NCBI RefSeq assembly: GCF_001186125.1 | Contig: NW_014040107.1 | Span: 9,813-60,043, forward strand | DNA length: 50,231 nucleotides | Source of the DNA: Sphaeroforma arctica JP610 | Lineage: Eukaryota | Direction of reading: 5' to 3' | Shown here: positions 19,701-32,300 of the stretch, in pieces | Layout of the letters: each line of letters opens with the position of its first letter | Position numbering within the stretch: position 1 is the first letter of the stretch | Translations under genes and position numbers: made by a program | The notes under the pieces: generated by a model | Told to the model about the DNA's origin: nothing | Seen by the model: only the letters and a program-made list of their open reading frames with translations | The model's database searches: none

Positions 19701-21908
19701 CGACTCTACCGAATACCACGTGTTTGCCATCTAGATGAGGCGCCGCAGTTGTAGTGATGAAAAACTGAGAGCCATTGGTATCTGGACCGCGGTTGGCCAT
19801 GGAGAGTAGAAAGGGCTTGTCATGTGCAAGCACGAAATTTTCATCTGAAACAAGAAATTGCGGGTGTAAAAAATTCAAATAAGTTAGAGAAGAATTGTCA
19901 GTGTTACTTTTAGGACAGCGCGATAAACACAAACATAAGATGTATAGACATAACTCATCCGCTAGCCTTTGAGCCTTAAATGTTTGCAAATATGGGATCA
20001 CAGGTTTACAGTACATTATGCATTTCCCTCACATACCAGGCCACATCCCACCATAGATGGACTGAGGCGGGCCCGAACCAGTACCAGCGGATATATCGCC
20101 ACCCTGTAAAGACGTGCAAAAGTGGTCGAATTGAGCACAATGCATGTTGTATAGAGTGAGTGACAAGTGTACTCTATGGGATCTTACGATTCCGAATCTG
20201 ATTCTGATGATTTATAAAAGGTAAAACATTCGTGAACCATGTAGACTAGACGATCAGTACTTCGTACACATGCATTCGTGGTCAAATATACCACTCGATT
20301 CTGACATAGCGGCAGGTTGTTTGCTACATAGTATTGGCTGCCCTATTTATAATTTAAGTAGACATTTCACAAAGGACGTCACCATAGGTCGTCCTGCAGG
20401 GGTCAGAATTTCCCGTGTGGAGTGTTATGCATACCATATGTATTCGCAGTCCTGAATACTGATTAAAAAAATTAAATCGCATAAGGCCACACCCACACTA
20501 CAATACGCACATACCTGAAGCATGAAATTAGGAATCACTCGATGGATCTTGACCCCTCTGTAGCTCAACGTTTCCCCTAATTCACCAGTACACAGCATCC
20601 GAAAATTCTCAGTTGTTTTGGGGCAAATATTGCCAAAGAGCTCGAATACAACACGTCCGGCCAATTTCCCATCAATACTAAAGTTCATTGTGGCAAATAT
20701 TGATGAAAAGGAAGAGTATAGATATCAGCTGATCATACCGCATGTATATCGATGTGCACAACTAAAAAGGTACTACGAGACATTGATACAAAATAAACAC
20801 TAGCTACACCTACGACTCCTTATGTGAATATTCAAATAAAAACACAAGCATGTAAATTAAACAAGTATTTGTATACTTCTACACTCCTATATATATATAT
20901 ATATATATACAAATATGTGTGTGTGTGTTCGTGTACATATATACGTATACTATATGTATTATCTCATGTATNNNNNNNNNNNNNNNNNNNNNNNNNNNNN
21001 NNNNNNNNNNNNNNNNNNNNNNNNNNNNNNNNNNNNNNNNNNNNNNNNNNNNNNNNNNNNNNNNNNNNNNNNNNNNNNNNNNNNNNNNNNNNNNNNNNNN
21101 NNNNNNNNNNNNNNNNNNNNNNNNNNNNNNNNNNNNNNNNNNNNNNNNNNNNNNNNNNNNNNNNNNNNNNNNNNNNNNNNNNNNNNNNNNNNNNNNNNNN
21201 NNNNNNNNNNNNNNNNNNNNNNNNNNNNNNNNNNNNNNNNNNNNNNNNNNNNNNNNNNNNNNNNNNNNNNNNNNNNNNNNNNNNNNNNNNNNNNNNNNNN
21301 NNNNNNNNNNNNNNNNNNNNNNNNNNNNNNNNNNNNNNNNNNNNNNNNNNNNNNNNNNNNNNNNNNNNNNNNNNNNNNNNNNNNNNNNNNNNNNNNNNNN
21401 NNNNNNNNNNNNNNNNNNNNNNNNNNNNNNNNNNNNNNNNNNNNNNNNNNNNNNNNNNNNNNNNNNNNNNNNNNNNNNNNNNNNNNNNNNNNNNNNNNNN
21501 NNNNNNNNNNNNNNNNNNNNNNNNNNNNNNNNNNNNNNNNNNNNNNNNNNNNNNNNNNNNNNNNNNNNNNNNNNNNNNNNNNNNNNNNNNNNNNNNNNNN
21601 NNNNNNNNNNNNNNNNNNNNNNNNNNNNNNNNNNNNNNNNNNNNNNNNNNNNNNNNNNNNNNNNNNNNNNNNNNNNNNNNNNNNNNNNNNNNNNNNNNNN
21701 NNNNNNNNNNNNNNNNNNNNNNNNNNNNNNNNNNNNNNNNNNNNNNNNNNNNNNNNNNNNNNNNNNNNNGTTGCTATACCGGAACAGGCGGAAAAACACT
21801 TAGAACATACCCGAGATCAAAATAGCACCGACTCGTCCCCTTCATCGCGAGTTTCATCTGTGCGCGCTCTGCTTTCTTCAGTGCCTTTGCAGCCGCTTTC
21901 GACGACAT
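16738..21908 (-). CDS. PPIG: Nuclear RS-rich cyclophilin (peptidyl-prolyl isomerase G / SR-cyclophilin-like), 8 exons
   Basis: Phase-consistent GT-AG exons: 21908-21811, 20677-~20515, 20103-20037, 19844-19643, 19383-19322, 19118-~19067, 18715-~18628, 18297-16738. Gives [21 protein letters not shown]...[13 protein letters not shown]...[18 protein letters not shown]...[10 protein letters not shown], then a long Lys/Ser/RS-rich domain. Confidence 0.9.
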
Positions 21909-22782
21909 GTTGATATACTTACGACTCCCTATAGGAGCTTGCTGTTGTAATAATTTCTCTGAACAGGGATGAGTTCGAATACTACTGTATATATTGTAGA
22001 ATACTGTAAAAGCTGTATGTATTTTATTCTCACAGAGCTTTCTTTATTATGAATACACAAACAATAAACAAAAACACACGCGCGAGACATTCTACTCTAT
22101 TGTAAATATTTTTCGTTTTAGTGCTCAACTCGCTGCGCCTTTTTTTCTTCTTTTTATATATTTTTCTAATAAAAATATCAAAAAGAGCACAATTCACAAT
22201 CCGCATGGAACCGTAGCCTTCAGAGTCTCTCAGATACTTTGTAACGTATAAAATCAATACGGTATATGTTTACTACTAACGTTTACTTTAGTTTGGATCT
22301 GTATGACTGTGCGCTGTGGGCGCAATATTTGAATTCAGAGGTGTACTGGTGCAGTACATTAGAGCTGTCCATGACCCTCGCTACTACTTTTAGAGAGAAG
22401 CCCTTGAGCAATCTCATATTGTCCTATTATAGTCTCTTGTACTAGGTCAGACCCTCTCTTACGTTCTATCGTTTAAAAAATTGGTCTTTGTAAGTTTCCG
22501 TTAAACGCATACACTGAATTACTATAACGCAATGAGGTCAAATAACCTTAGCGAATGACTCATACAAAAAATACATATGAGTGAATATTGTCGTGACACT
22601 TACAATAGAACACTGGACAAAAATCATTGTACAAGAAGAGAGAGTGGACATGACTGCTTCACGTTTCACTATTTGAAAAAATACTGTACAAAGTATACGA
22701 GTAACTACTGCTGAGCTACACAGACTCGCGCAACCTAGGTCATCACACAGTAGCGTTAGATATTGATTTATACTGATTCAAG
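21909..22782. promoter_or_regulatory. Probable bidirectional promoter between the PPIG-like gene and PMPCB
   Basis: Divergent start codons 874 bp apart; AT-rich with poly(dT) tracts. TSS not determinable. Confidence 0.5.
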
Positions 22783-23252
22783 ATGCTTCGTCACCTCGCC
22801 TCTGCGCTCAGCCGTAGAATACCGGCGCAAAGCAATCAGAAGCTCAGCGCTTTCGGCAGTCTACTGAGTAAACGTTCCAAGAGTACACTAGCCAACACAA
22901 CCGTCGATGTTCACAGTGTGTTGCCTGCGTCTCTATTGAGCAGTGCTAAAGCTACTGGACAGCTTCTCAGTTCTAAGCATGCCTATAGCACTGAGGCATT
23001 GGTAGCCGACGAGGATATCGAACATCAGGCCGAAACTAAAATAACGACAATCAGTACAGGTATCGTATTCTTCACACAGAGCGTGCAGGGAAAGACTTTC
23101 ACGTGCATTGTAAAACATAGATAGTAATATATATACTTTTTTTTTGTATATATAGATATTTTGCCGGATTCTTTTATATATATATATGTATATGTATATA
23201 TATGTATATATATATACATATAAATATATCGTATGATTCTTATATATATATA

Positions 23253-23307
<55 letters not shown>

Positions 23308-23524
23308 ATATATATATATATTGTGTGTGTGTGTGTATGTTGTGCGATATGTGTCTGGGTGGGGTGGTTATGTATACGTGTACATGTATAATATATATAT
23401 ATATATATTTAAATTTACATATCTTGTAGTTATGTATATATGTATGTATATTCTATTCTTATGATTATATATTTTTACATATATGTGTGGTATATATGTA
23501 TGTACGTATAAATGAATATATGTA

Positions 23525-23562
<38 letters not shown>

Positions 23563-26500
23563 CGTGTGTTTGTTTTTGTATTCATAAAATAACTGTATAC
23601 GTATATCATTATTTATGTATATGTATGTATTGGTATACATATGTATGTATATGTACATAAATTTTAAATATATATGTGTATTTCTGAATATAAATATATA
23701 TATATATATTGGTGTGTATGTGTGTTTGTTTCGTGTCTGTATGCATCTATGTATGTACATATAGTATCGCAACATATAGTATCGCAACATTCAAATCGTA
23801 TTTTATCCACCATACGTCCAGCGGTAGGTATGATTATGATCAAATATACTGAAGCTATTTGTAAATACAGTAGACCTATTAGTACGAATTTCTCCTGTGT
23901 CATGTCCAATGACTTTGAGGCCCGTGGTATCGCACTATGTGTACTTATCACCGTTGTCAACATCGTCGTAAAATAGTAGCTGGCAACCTGCCACCAGTTT
24001 TGTCATTACACAGTGGTTATCGATTGTCGCCTAGATGACGAATGGAACTACCGCGGCACAAGCGTTCAAGTGTAATCAACAATTGTATCCGTATTAGTTT
24101 TGTTTTCATAATCCTGTGCCCAAATAGCATAGCGCTCAATATATTTCTCACCTACCCGGATACACCTTTCTGTCAGAACTTGCTCAATGTCGCATTTTCC
24201 TGGAATGTAGGTTTGAGAGTGGCAACCGAGTGCACCGGTGGCGAAACAGTTACTGTGAGTTTGTGGATCGATGCAGGCTCGCGGTTTGAGACACCCGAAA
24301 CGAATGGCACGGCTCATTTCCTCGAGCATATGGCGTTTAAAGGCACCTCCTCGCGCACACAGAATGGTCTGGAGATTGAAATAGAGAACATGGGCGGACA
24401 CCTGAACGCCTACACATCGAGAGAAACTACCGTGTACTACGCCAAGGTACCTATTGTCGGCACCCGTTTAGTGACACCCCGATTCTAGTACTGCACTGTG
24501 GATTGTGTGCGCGTTCGTATCCGCGTGTTCAGGCTTTAATGTGAACACACCCGAAGACTGTTCTATCATGCGAATCTCGTGCGCATCTGGATGGTTGGCA
24601 AAGATTGTTTTGTGCGACGCCAAATCAGAAATGATGACACGCGTTGTATAGCGTAGTACTCGGTGACTTGCATCTTGCGCTTCGTGCACGTTCCCGACAG
24701 ATAGTCTGTATGGATTCGAGCGCTAGCTATTGGGCACAATAGATATATACCCGTCGGGCTCGGTGGATAACATCAGAGCCACACGCGACTGTCTATGGGC
24801 AATACGTACTAACCGATTTATACCCAAACACGTGCAGGTGCAAAAGCAAGATGTTGAGAAGGCCATGAATATTCTGGCGGATATTCTGCAGCAGTCGACT
24901 CTGCCGCCAAATCAGATTGAACGTGAGCGAAGCGTTATTCTGCGTGAAATGGAGGAGGTGTGTGGCTCATTGCATAGCATTTCGCCTTACACATTTGGAC
25001 GATGTTTGATGTTTCCCCATTATCTCTGACTCCCTGCTAGCTGTGGGGGTATCGTGATCATATTTATATACTGAAGGGCAAGGTTTGACTAGTATCAATC
25101 AACATAAACTGGTTTACTCACGTGTATATATCTCCTATTTCAGGTCAACAGCAATATGGAGGAAGTGGTGTTCGATCATTTACACGAGACCGCATTCGGC
25201 GATTCTCCGCTCGCTGCCACTATTCTCGGGCCGGTACAGAACATTCAATCAATCACTCGCACAATGCTCAAGGACTATATCACCAAGAATTATGTTGCAC
25301 CCCGTATCGCTCTGGTGGCTGTCGGAGGTTTGTTTACTACATAAGTATTTATTTATGTTAGGAGAATGTCTAGATCATGGTTAGTTTATGGGTGACTACA
25401 TATTGCTACCTTTTCTATGTCTATTTTGACATGGGTTTGAAGTTTGTGTAATATAGTCACTGGATTAAGTCGTGTTCAGTATTTGGGCAAGGTCTACAAT
25501 TAATCGTTTCGGGTTGAATTTGCATGATTGAATTACGTTAAGGCTGAGATGAGTGTGATTTCCACTGACGATCATCATCAGATATCGCCTGAATGAGTGG
25601 TAGAATGGTAGTAGCACCAGCTGTCATATTTAAAGTACACTATAATATAGTTGATCTTTGGCTATTTTTATGGTATTGTCGTTGCGCTTTATAAGTTGGT
25701 GGACCTATTGATGTCATCGTAATTTGAGAGCTATAGTATATTTGCGCTAGCCATCGCTATTGATGAGCCGTGCCAATGGCGCACAAGCGGATAGTCAACC
25801 CTAGGGATGACCATGTGGTCTTGTTTATCTCGTGTGAAATATATCGCAAACCAGGTTTCTTTTGCTCATATATTGCACTTCCGTCATTAGGTGTCGACCA
25901 TGCTGATATCGTTGCACAAGCTGAACGTCAATTGACTGTTTTCCCCCGGGACGACAATGTGGTGAAATTGACGAAGCCCAAATTTTTAAGTAGGGACATG
26001 CACACAATCGATGACAAGCAAGATCTAGCGCATGTTGGTATCGGATTCGAAGGTATATAGATTTTTCGTTTCTAGTACCTTCCCGTGTCGCAGCAGCTTT
26101 TGTCGTATTTCAGGTGTCTACTTGTTACTTGACCGCCTTTGCACTTCTCTCAGTATGTAGGCGCGACACATATTGTCGCTTGAACTCATGCGCTACTCTC
26201 TCGATTGCCACGGTGAAGGCCTTTTTATTTCATCCGTAGAACGCCGTATGCACTCTGGTTGCTTATGTGACAGGAATCGGTCTCAAATTTTATTTTTTGT
26301 TTCAGGTTCTGCGTGGTCAAATCCCGACTTTTTCGAACTTATGATCGCCGCCACTATCGTTGGTAATTGGAATAGGTACGTAAAGTGGGTAATTGAAAGT
26401 ACAATTATAGTTCATAGCTGTGTTGTCCTATCGCACTTGGAGGAGTACATCGTCGCCCTGATTGTTCGAGCTTTCTATTTCGTTAAGCTTCTACACCGAG

Positions 26501-28277
26501 CTCACAGTACGAAAACAGATGAACGATCCGTTCTGGTAGTTCTGCTTTCAACGTTTAAACGCTTCCGCCGCGCTGTATATGTCTTCGACTGTGATTTCTC
26601 GTGCGTGCCTAACTCACATGTTTGGCCCTGTCGTTCGCCCCAACTTGCAGAGCCTTCGGCCATGGAGCCAACGTGACATCCCAACTCGCGAAGAACCTGG
26701 GCACTCGTGGACTAGCCCATTCATACATGGCCTTCCACACCTGCTACAACGACACTGGACTGTGGGGCGTGTACATAACCGCAGACAGAGACACCCTCCC
26801 CCAAGCGGTGGTCGAGGTACAGCGGGAAGTTGTGCGCCTGTGCGAAGAGGTGACGGAAGAGGAGGTGGAGGCCGCTAAGCTCAAGGTGTGTGGTGCATAG
26901 GACATCGCTTGTGTGCGTATTATGTGGTTCAGGGTCCTCTCAGCTTACAATAGCACTTTACTAGGCACAAAGACAAATGTTATGTCTACCTTCTTGTCTG
27001 TAGGGGCAATATGATATTTTACCATCTATTATGGCTCTGTCGTCGTCGTACACGCGCACGCACGTGTATGAACCATGTGCAACATACACTAACGGACACG
27101 GATGCGGTTATTGAGAACCAGTCTGCAAACGAGTCGCTTAGCTGAGGTGTATACCGTGTCGAGTGCATAGCAGCAGCTGTGCTTGATGATTTCCCGCTGA
27201 GCTTCATGGTAGCTGGTGGTATCGTCTGTTTTCAGTGAGCACCATGCCAATATTCGCTATGTCTCTATCGTGTCGTTGTGGCTAGAGCTACTTTGATTGT
27301 CGTTCGTCTACACGAGCCTGTCGCGTATGCGAACGTTAAAAATCTATCTTCAGGGTGATGTTGGCAACTGAGTTCCGCATGCTCGCAAAAAGTAGGCAGT
27401 CGTGGCATACAATCATGAGCATACATTAGTTAAATAATACTAATGCACCGTGTTTGACATTCGTGCAGTACAAAACGCAAACGCTCATGTCCTTGGAGAA
27501 CACCACTGCCATAAGCGAAGAGATTGGGCGGCAATTGCTGTCACTCGGTCGACGCATGACTCCTGCAGAGACTGTCGCGCGGATAGGAGCCGTAACTGCC
27601 CAGAGCGTGAAGGAGGTAAGTACATGTAACGTATATTAGTATAGAATATTTGTATAGAATATTTGAATGTTTTATGCGAATAGGAGAGCGTATAGGAGCT
27701 AAGTATATTTAACGTATATTTGTATAATAATAAAATTGCATGATTCATACGAATAGTAGAGCGCGAAAGAGGTATATGCAACATATATCTGTAAAAAGTA
27801 TTGAATGTTTTATTTCCTAAGCCGCTGTACATGCTGTATACTTATACCAGTAAGTGTCGTCGTGCTGTATACACGTATAAATGGGTATGTACGGGATGGT
27901 ATATCCGTGTTATAGCTATGAACGTGGTAGGATATACGTGCTTATAGTATGAACGTGGTGGTTTACACGTGCAAATAAACATAGGAGTATATACGTACTT
28001 ATAGTATGAACGTGATAATATATACGTGCTAGTCGTATGAACATGATGGGTGCACACGTGCTCATAGTATGAATGTGATGTACGCGTGCTGTTAAGTGTG
28101 TGACCCATGCTACTCTGTATCTGACACTGATACTTAATTGATTTCGTTGTTTGGCAGGCAATGCACAAGTATGTGTATGAGAAGGATCCGGCTGTTGTTG
28201 GAATCGGGCAAGTCCACTACCTTCCCAAAGCATCAAGCTTAAGAGCTTCGCCTTCCTTCCTGCCGCCGGCGGTATAG
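22783..28277 (+). CDS. PMPCB: Mitochondrial processing peptidase beta subunit (peptidase M16), 9 exons
   Basis: Arg/Ser-rich presequence, [31 protein letters not shown] (HxxEH), [38 protein letters not shown]. Exons 22783-23059, 24211-24446, 24838-24957, 25144-25327, 25891-26052, 26306-26375, 26651-26885, 27469-27615, 28158-28277 are phase-consistent. Confidence 0.95.
23127..23760. repeat. (TA)n/(TG)n low-complexity microsatellite tract in PMPCB intron 1
   Basis: Read directly from the sequence. Confidence 0.95.
27900..28085. repeat. Degenerate ~30-bp minisatellite in the last PMPCB intron
   Basis: About 6 units of consensus atatacgtgcttatagtatgaacgtg(g/a)t. Confidence 0.75.
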
Positions 28278-29355
28278 ACGGACCTGGCTACTAATTTACT
28301 TACCAAGTTCCTGCAGCAGCAACTGTTTTTGGATTATTGAGCTTTTGTGATTAGGCCTTTATGGTTAAGCAAGGGTGCAATGGCCGGGGACGAGACGAAA
28401 ATGGAAACGTCACACATTGACTTTTTTATCCCATGAGTACTTTGTTGCGACACAGACGATATCCGCTCACGTAACTGTGGAAGGGTATACAACCCCTTAG
28501 CAGAGGTGCGTATCGTGAAGTAGTGGGATGGCTAGTAGGAATTTTGAAAGTAGTGTTATCCGATCGTAGTAGAAGCGGGTATCGTACCTCAGTGCAAATC
28601 TTATGCCGCGAGTAGCGTGCAGTTAAACGCCTTTCATGAAATAAGGAAGAAGTGACGGACAACTCTATTTGTCGCATAGAAGTGATCGCAACTGATTAGC
28701 GCTGTCATTAACGATAATGTACACTACTATTAGTAATGTATGGCAAGGCATATTAATAAACTTTGCAACACAGAACTCAATGCGAGTGTAGCTCTCCTCG
28801 AAGCTGATGTGAAAAGAGTATTGCGCCACAATGAGGATTATCACAAGGCTTCTCAGGTTGGACTTGAGGTTATACCTGGACAGCCATGTTGCGTGGCAGT
28901 GGACACTCATGATGCACATTCGAGGTCAATTTTATTATTATTCGCATGCCCCCTGGATAAGGGTCTGCGCTAAATTTACGATTCAAATGCGACGGAAACC
29001 TGATTTTCGCTCAAGACTAAATCTAGAGGGCTATGCACTTCGTGGACTGTTCTTGTAGTGCCCGACGACTGTAATGCCTTGCGGTGTCATGGTGACTTAG
29101 TTTCTGTGCGTGTGAAGGTGTTCCTTGCCTCGTATGAGTTCCGATAGGTGGTATTTGACCACACTCGCGTTCTGTTCAGTTTTCGAGACGCACTTAAACA
29201 TTTTGACGTTATATATTCTCATGTGGCAGGTTGCTTCTGTTAAAGAATAGGCAACGCAAATACTACGAAAGTATCAACCGGATTCTCTTTCTATATTCAT
29301 TAGTGCTAGCTAAATATCATTTTATTATTGTCGTGTTCAGATAAAACCACAACTT

Positions 29356-32300
29356 CTAATTTCGTTTGTGTTTCTTGCTCATAACAGCCTTGAAAGTGCC
29401 GGCAGCCTTATTTGTGTGGCGTTTGTTAATGTTCTTCTTATCAAGTGCCACATATGCGAAAGGCTCGAATTTGTTGCCCTTTCTGCGCATATCTCCCGAC
29501 GCTTTCTGTTGTTGAAACCAAAACAAATCAATTTGAGTACACAATAATTGCCGCATGCAAATTCTATAAAGACTTCCTAAACAACAACAAACAAGTACCT
29601 TATCATGATATATATTCAAAAGTCTCAAACCACCTTACCTTTGATCCGTATTGCTGACCCTCGGTATCGTTCTTGCCAGCGTTGTGCTTGGCACCGCCTC
29701 GCTTACTTCGGTTCCAATCCTTCTTGTCTTCGTCATCTTGATCACCACTCATGTCGAACGTGTTATCTCTGTTGCGCTTCTGTCCCTTGATCCTCTTGGT
29801 GTCTTGTATCTCCATCGCGTTATCACTGTCGCCTGTAGTATATTACAATTAAGGACATTAGAAAGAATGTCGTACACGTCTACGTGCCACTATGATCACA
29901 AATCATCTGACTTCACACAACCATAATCAAACAAGGATCATAAATGTGAAGTTTATTCACAATGCTCCGCTGGAATGATTCTGATCTTCGAGAAAAACAT
30001 AGGGCAAATTAGTTATCAAACTGAGCGAGATATTAGCGAATTTTTGCAACACATAACCCTTGAGTGCGGCTTGTGATTTTTTCTTAGCAATGCAAGAGAC
30101 TAGTCTGCAAGAAAAATCAACAATATATACATAAGAGATGTACTATAAGTCCGAAGCATCCATACCAGAGAACTCACAGTTTGACTCAGATACACACACA
30201 TAAACAAGCCAACATACTTCTCCATACTAACGCACACAGAATCCACATACCATCTTCTTCGTCTCCGTTCTCAGCCTCGGGATCCTCCACGAGCATCTTG
30301 CCATCGGCATCGTACTCACTCCAGTGTGCCTTCTGTCGTCTGCCCATGCGTGCGGGGTCGGTAGTTACCATTCGGTTTACGGCCGACGCATCTAAGAAGT
30401 CCAGCACATCTTCGCTCTCGCCATCAGCTGTGTCGCCCTTCAACCACGTGGCGCCTGCAGCAGATAGAGCGGGTCATAGCATGACATTGGTAAATACAAT
30501 TCTCGGAATTGCTAATGGGAACTATCATATTCAGAAGTATAGTATGCATACTGGTCGCGACCACAATAAGTGCACAGTGGAGGAAGTGATGCGCACTACG
30601 GCTTACAGAGAAGAACGTACGCGAGAAGTTATCGTCAGGCAATACATGATCACAACTATCGTTCGACATAACATCCCGTAAATGTGTCGGTCGCATTTCT
30701 GCACATGTGCACAGTTTTAAATATAACGAATACAAAAATGCAATGCTCATCTATTGTGGTTTTCTTGTTTGACCCTTGTATTCCACTTTCAATAGCAACT
30801 GTCGCATGCTTATCCATACCTTCGGCTTCTTTCTTGGCAGTCTTTGCGTTGCCATCGTCTTCAGCATCGCTATCATCACTATCGGCTCCGTACAGGATGT
30901 CTTCGAAGGACTGTGCCTTGGTCTTAGCGGCACCCACTGGTGCGCCCAAGGGGTTCTTGCTTTCAGCGTATTCCCTCCTGGCATCCTTCTCTTCTCGTTG
31001 TTTGCGCAAATCCTGATAGTGAGGCGATCGAACAAACCTTAGTACGAGCAATCACAACTGGTGTCGTAGCTGGCATAATCTTTGGTGTCGCGCAGAGTGG
31101 GCGAGACCGTGATACTCTATTCAGATATGCCAACTACGAAACTAACAAGTGGTTTACAGGCGGTGCTAAACACGGAGTTGGTATGCATGTACTCAACGAC
31201 CCACATAGATAGAGAAAAAAATACCTGTTCCTTCCTCTTTCGGATATTCGCCACGAGTTTTCTATCCTTCTCAGGCATCATATTTGTAATCTCATCCAGT
31301 CCGTATTTTCTAATCAGCCTCTCTAGCAAGAACCGGATTTTCATCTTGAAGTGCTGTTTCTGGTCATCGGGCCAACCCATAAGTGTATCCAGAAGGGTTG
31401 GTAAGTATTGGCCCAGCACCTGGGGTGACACACATACTATGCAGATCTTGAAGAACGCCAGCATGGACTTCGCGATCTCACGGTTCTTGGTCTTGAGCAT
31501 CATGAGCATGGTTTGCAGTAGCTCGTCACGCTTGGCGGGCGCCAGTTGGGTCGAGAACTCGAAAAATAGTCGTCTGTGGTGTGTGTGAAGAGAATAAATA
31601 TCAACATCGATGCGTCGCAAAAAAAAAAGGTGGGTTTGCAATGAAGATCACGATTTAGTGATACTAAAACAACTTGAGTGGATACCTCCAAAGAACAGCT
31701 TGTTGTGTAACAGCGTGTAATAACGTAAAGTATAAAATCGGTTCTGATGGGTTCATTATCTGACCACGCAGGCCCAACTACAGTCTAGGTATATAAGCCC
31801 AACAACAGCCTGTTTATATGCATGTCGCCAGCACAACGAATGAATAAGCTCGCTTACATACCCCAATGACATCACAGAAGCACTGATCATGTGTGGTGTA
31901 GTTCCGCCCAAACCAGCCACTATCATGAGTATAAGCTCGTCCAGACTGGCCGGCACTCGCTCGCCCATAGGGTTTACAAACGTGGCCTGAGCCTCCCCAG
32001 CACGGATCATAGCCGTTCCCATGGTAACCAGCAACCTGTAAGCCAGTTCACGGGTCTTCTCATTGACTTCCTTGGTGGACAAGATGGCTTCGGTCACAGC
32101 CGCAGGAATGATTTCGAGTTCTGATGCGCCGTGCATGACAGGCGATGCTTGGTCTACAAGCAGCGACAATATGCGCAGACGTTGCTTCTTGGCGGCTCCA
32201 GCCACCGCGAGATACGATCCCGAAAGAGCTTCCCTGTGTAATCAAATGTAGTAGAGAACAAAACTTATTAGTTACTTAAGTATGACTTAAGTATGCGAAG

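Noticed and set aside
23025..23976. Tyr/Ile/Val/Cys-rich ORFs here and at 38584-39214, 41565-41861 and 47778-48035
   Set aside because: Translations of (TA)/(TG) microsatellites in introns or intergenic DNA.
25330..25890. Possible intronic C/D snoRNA or other RNA genes in long introns
   Set aside because: No convincing box C plus box D with terminal stem, tRNA cloverleaf or rRNA similarity seen by eye; an Infernal/Rfam scan would be needed to exclude them.
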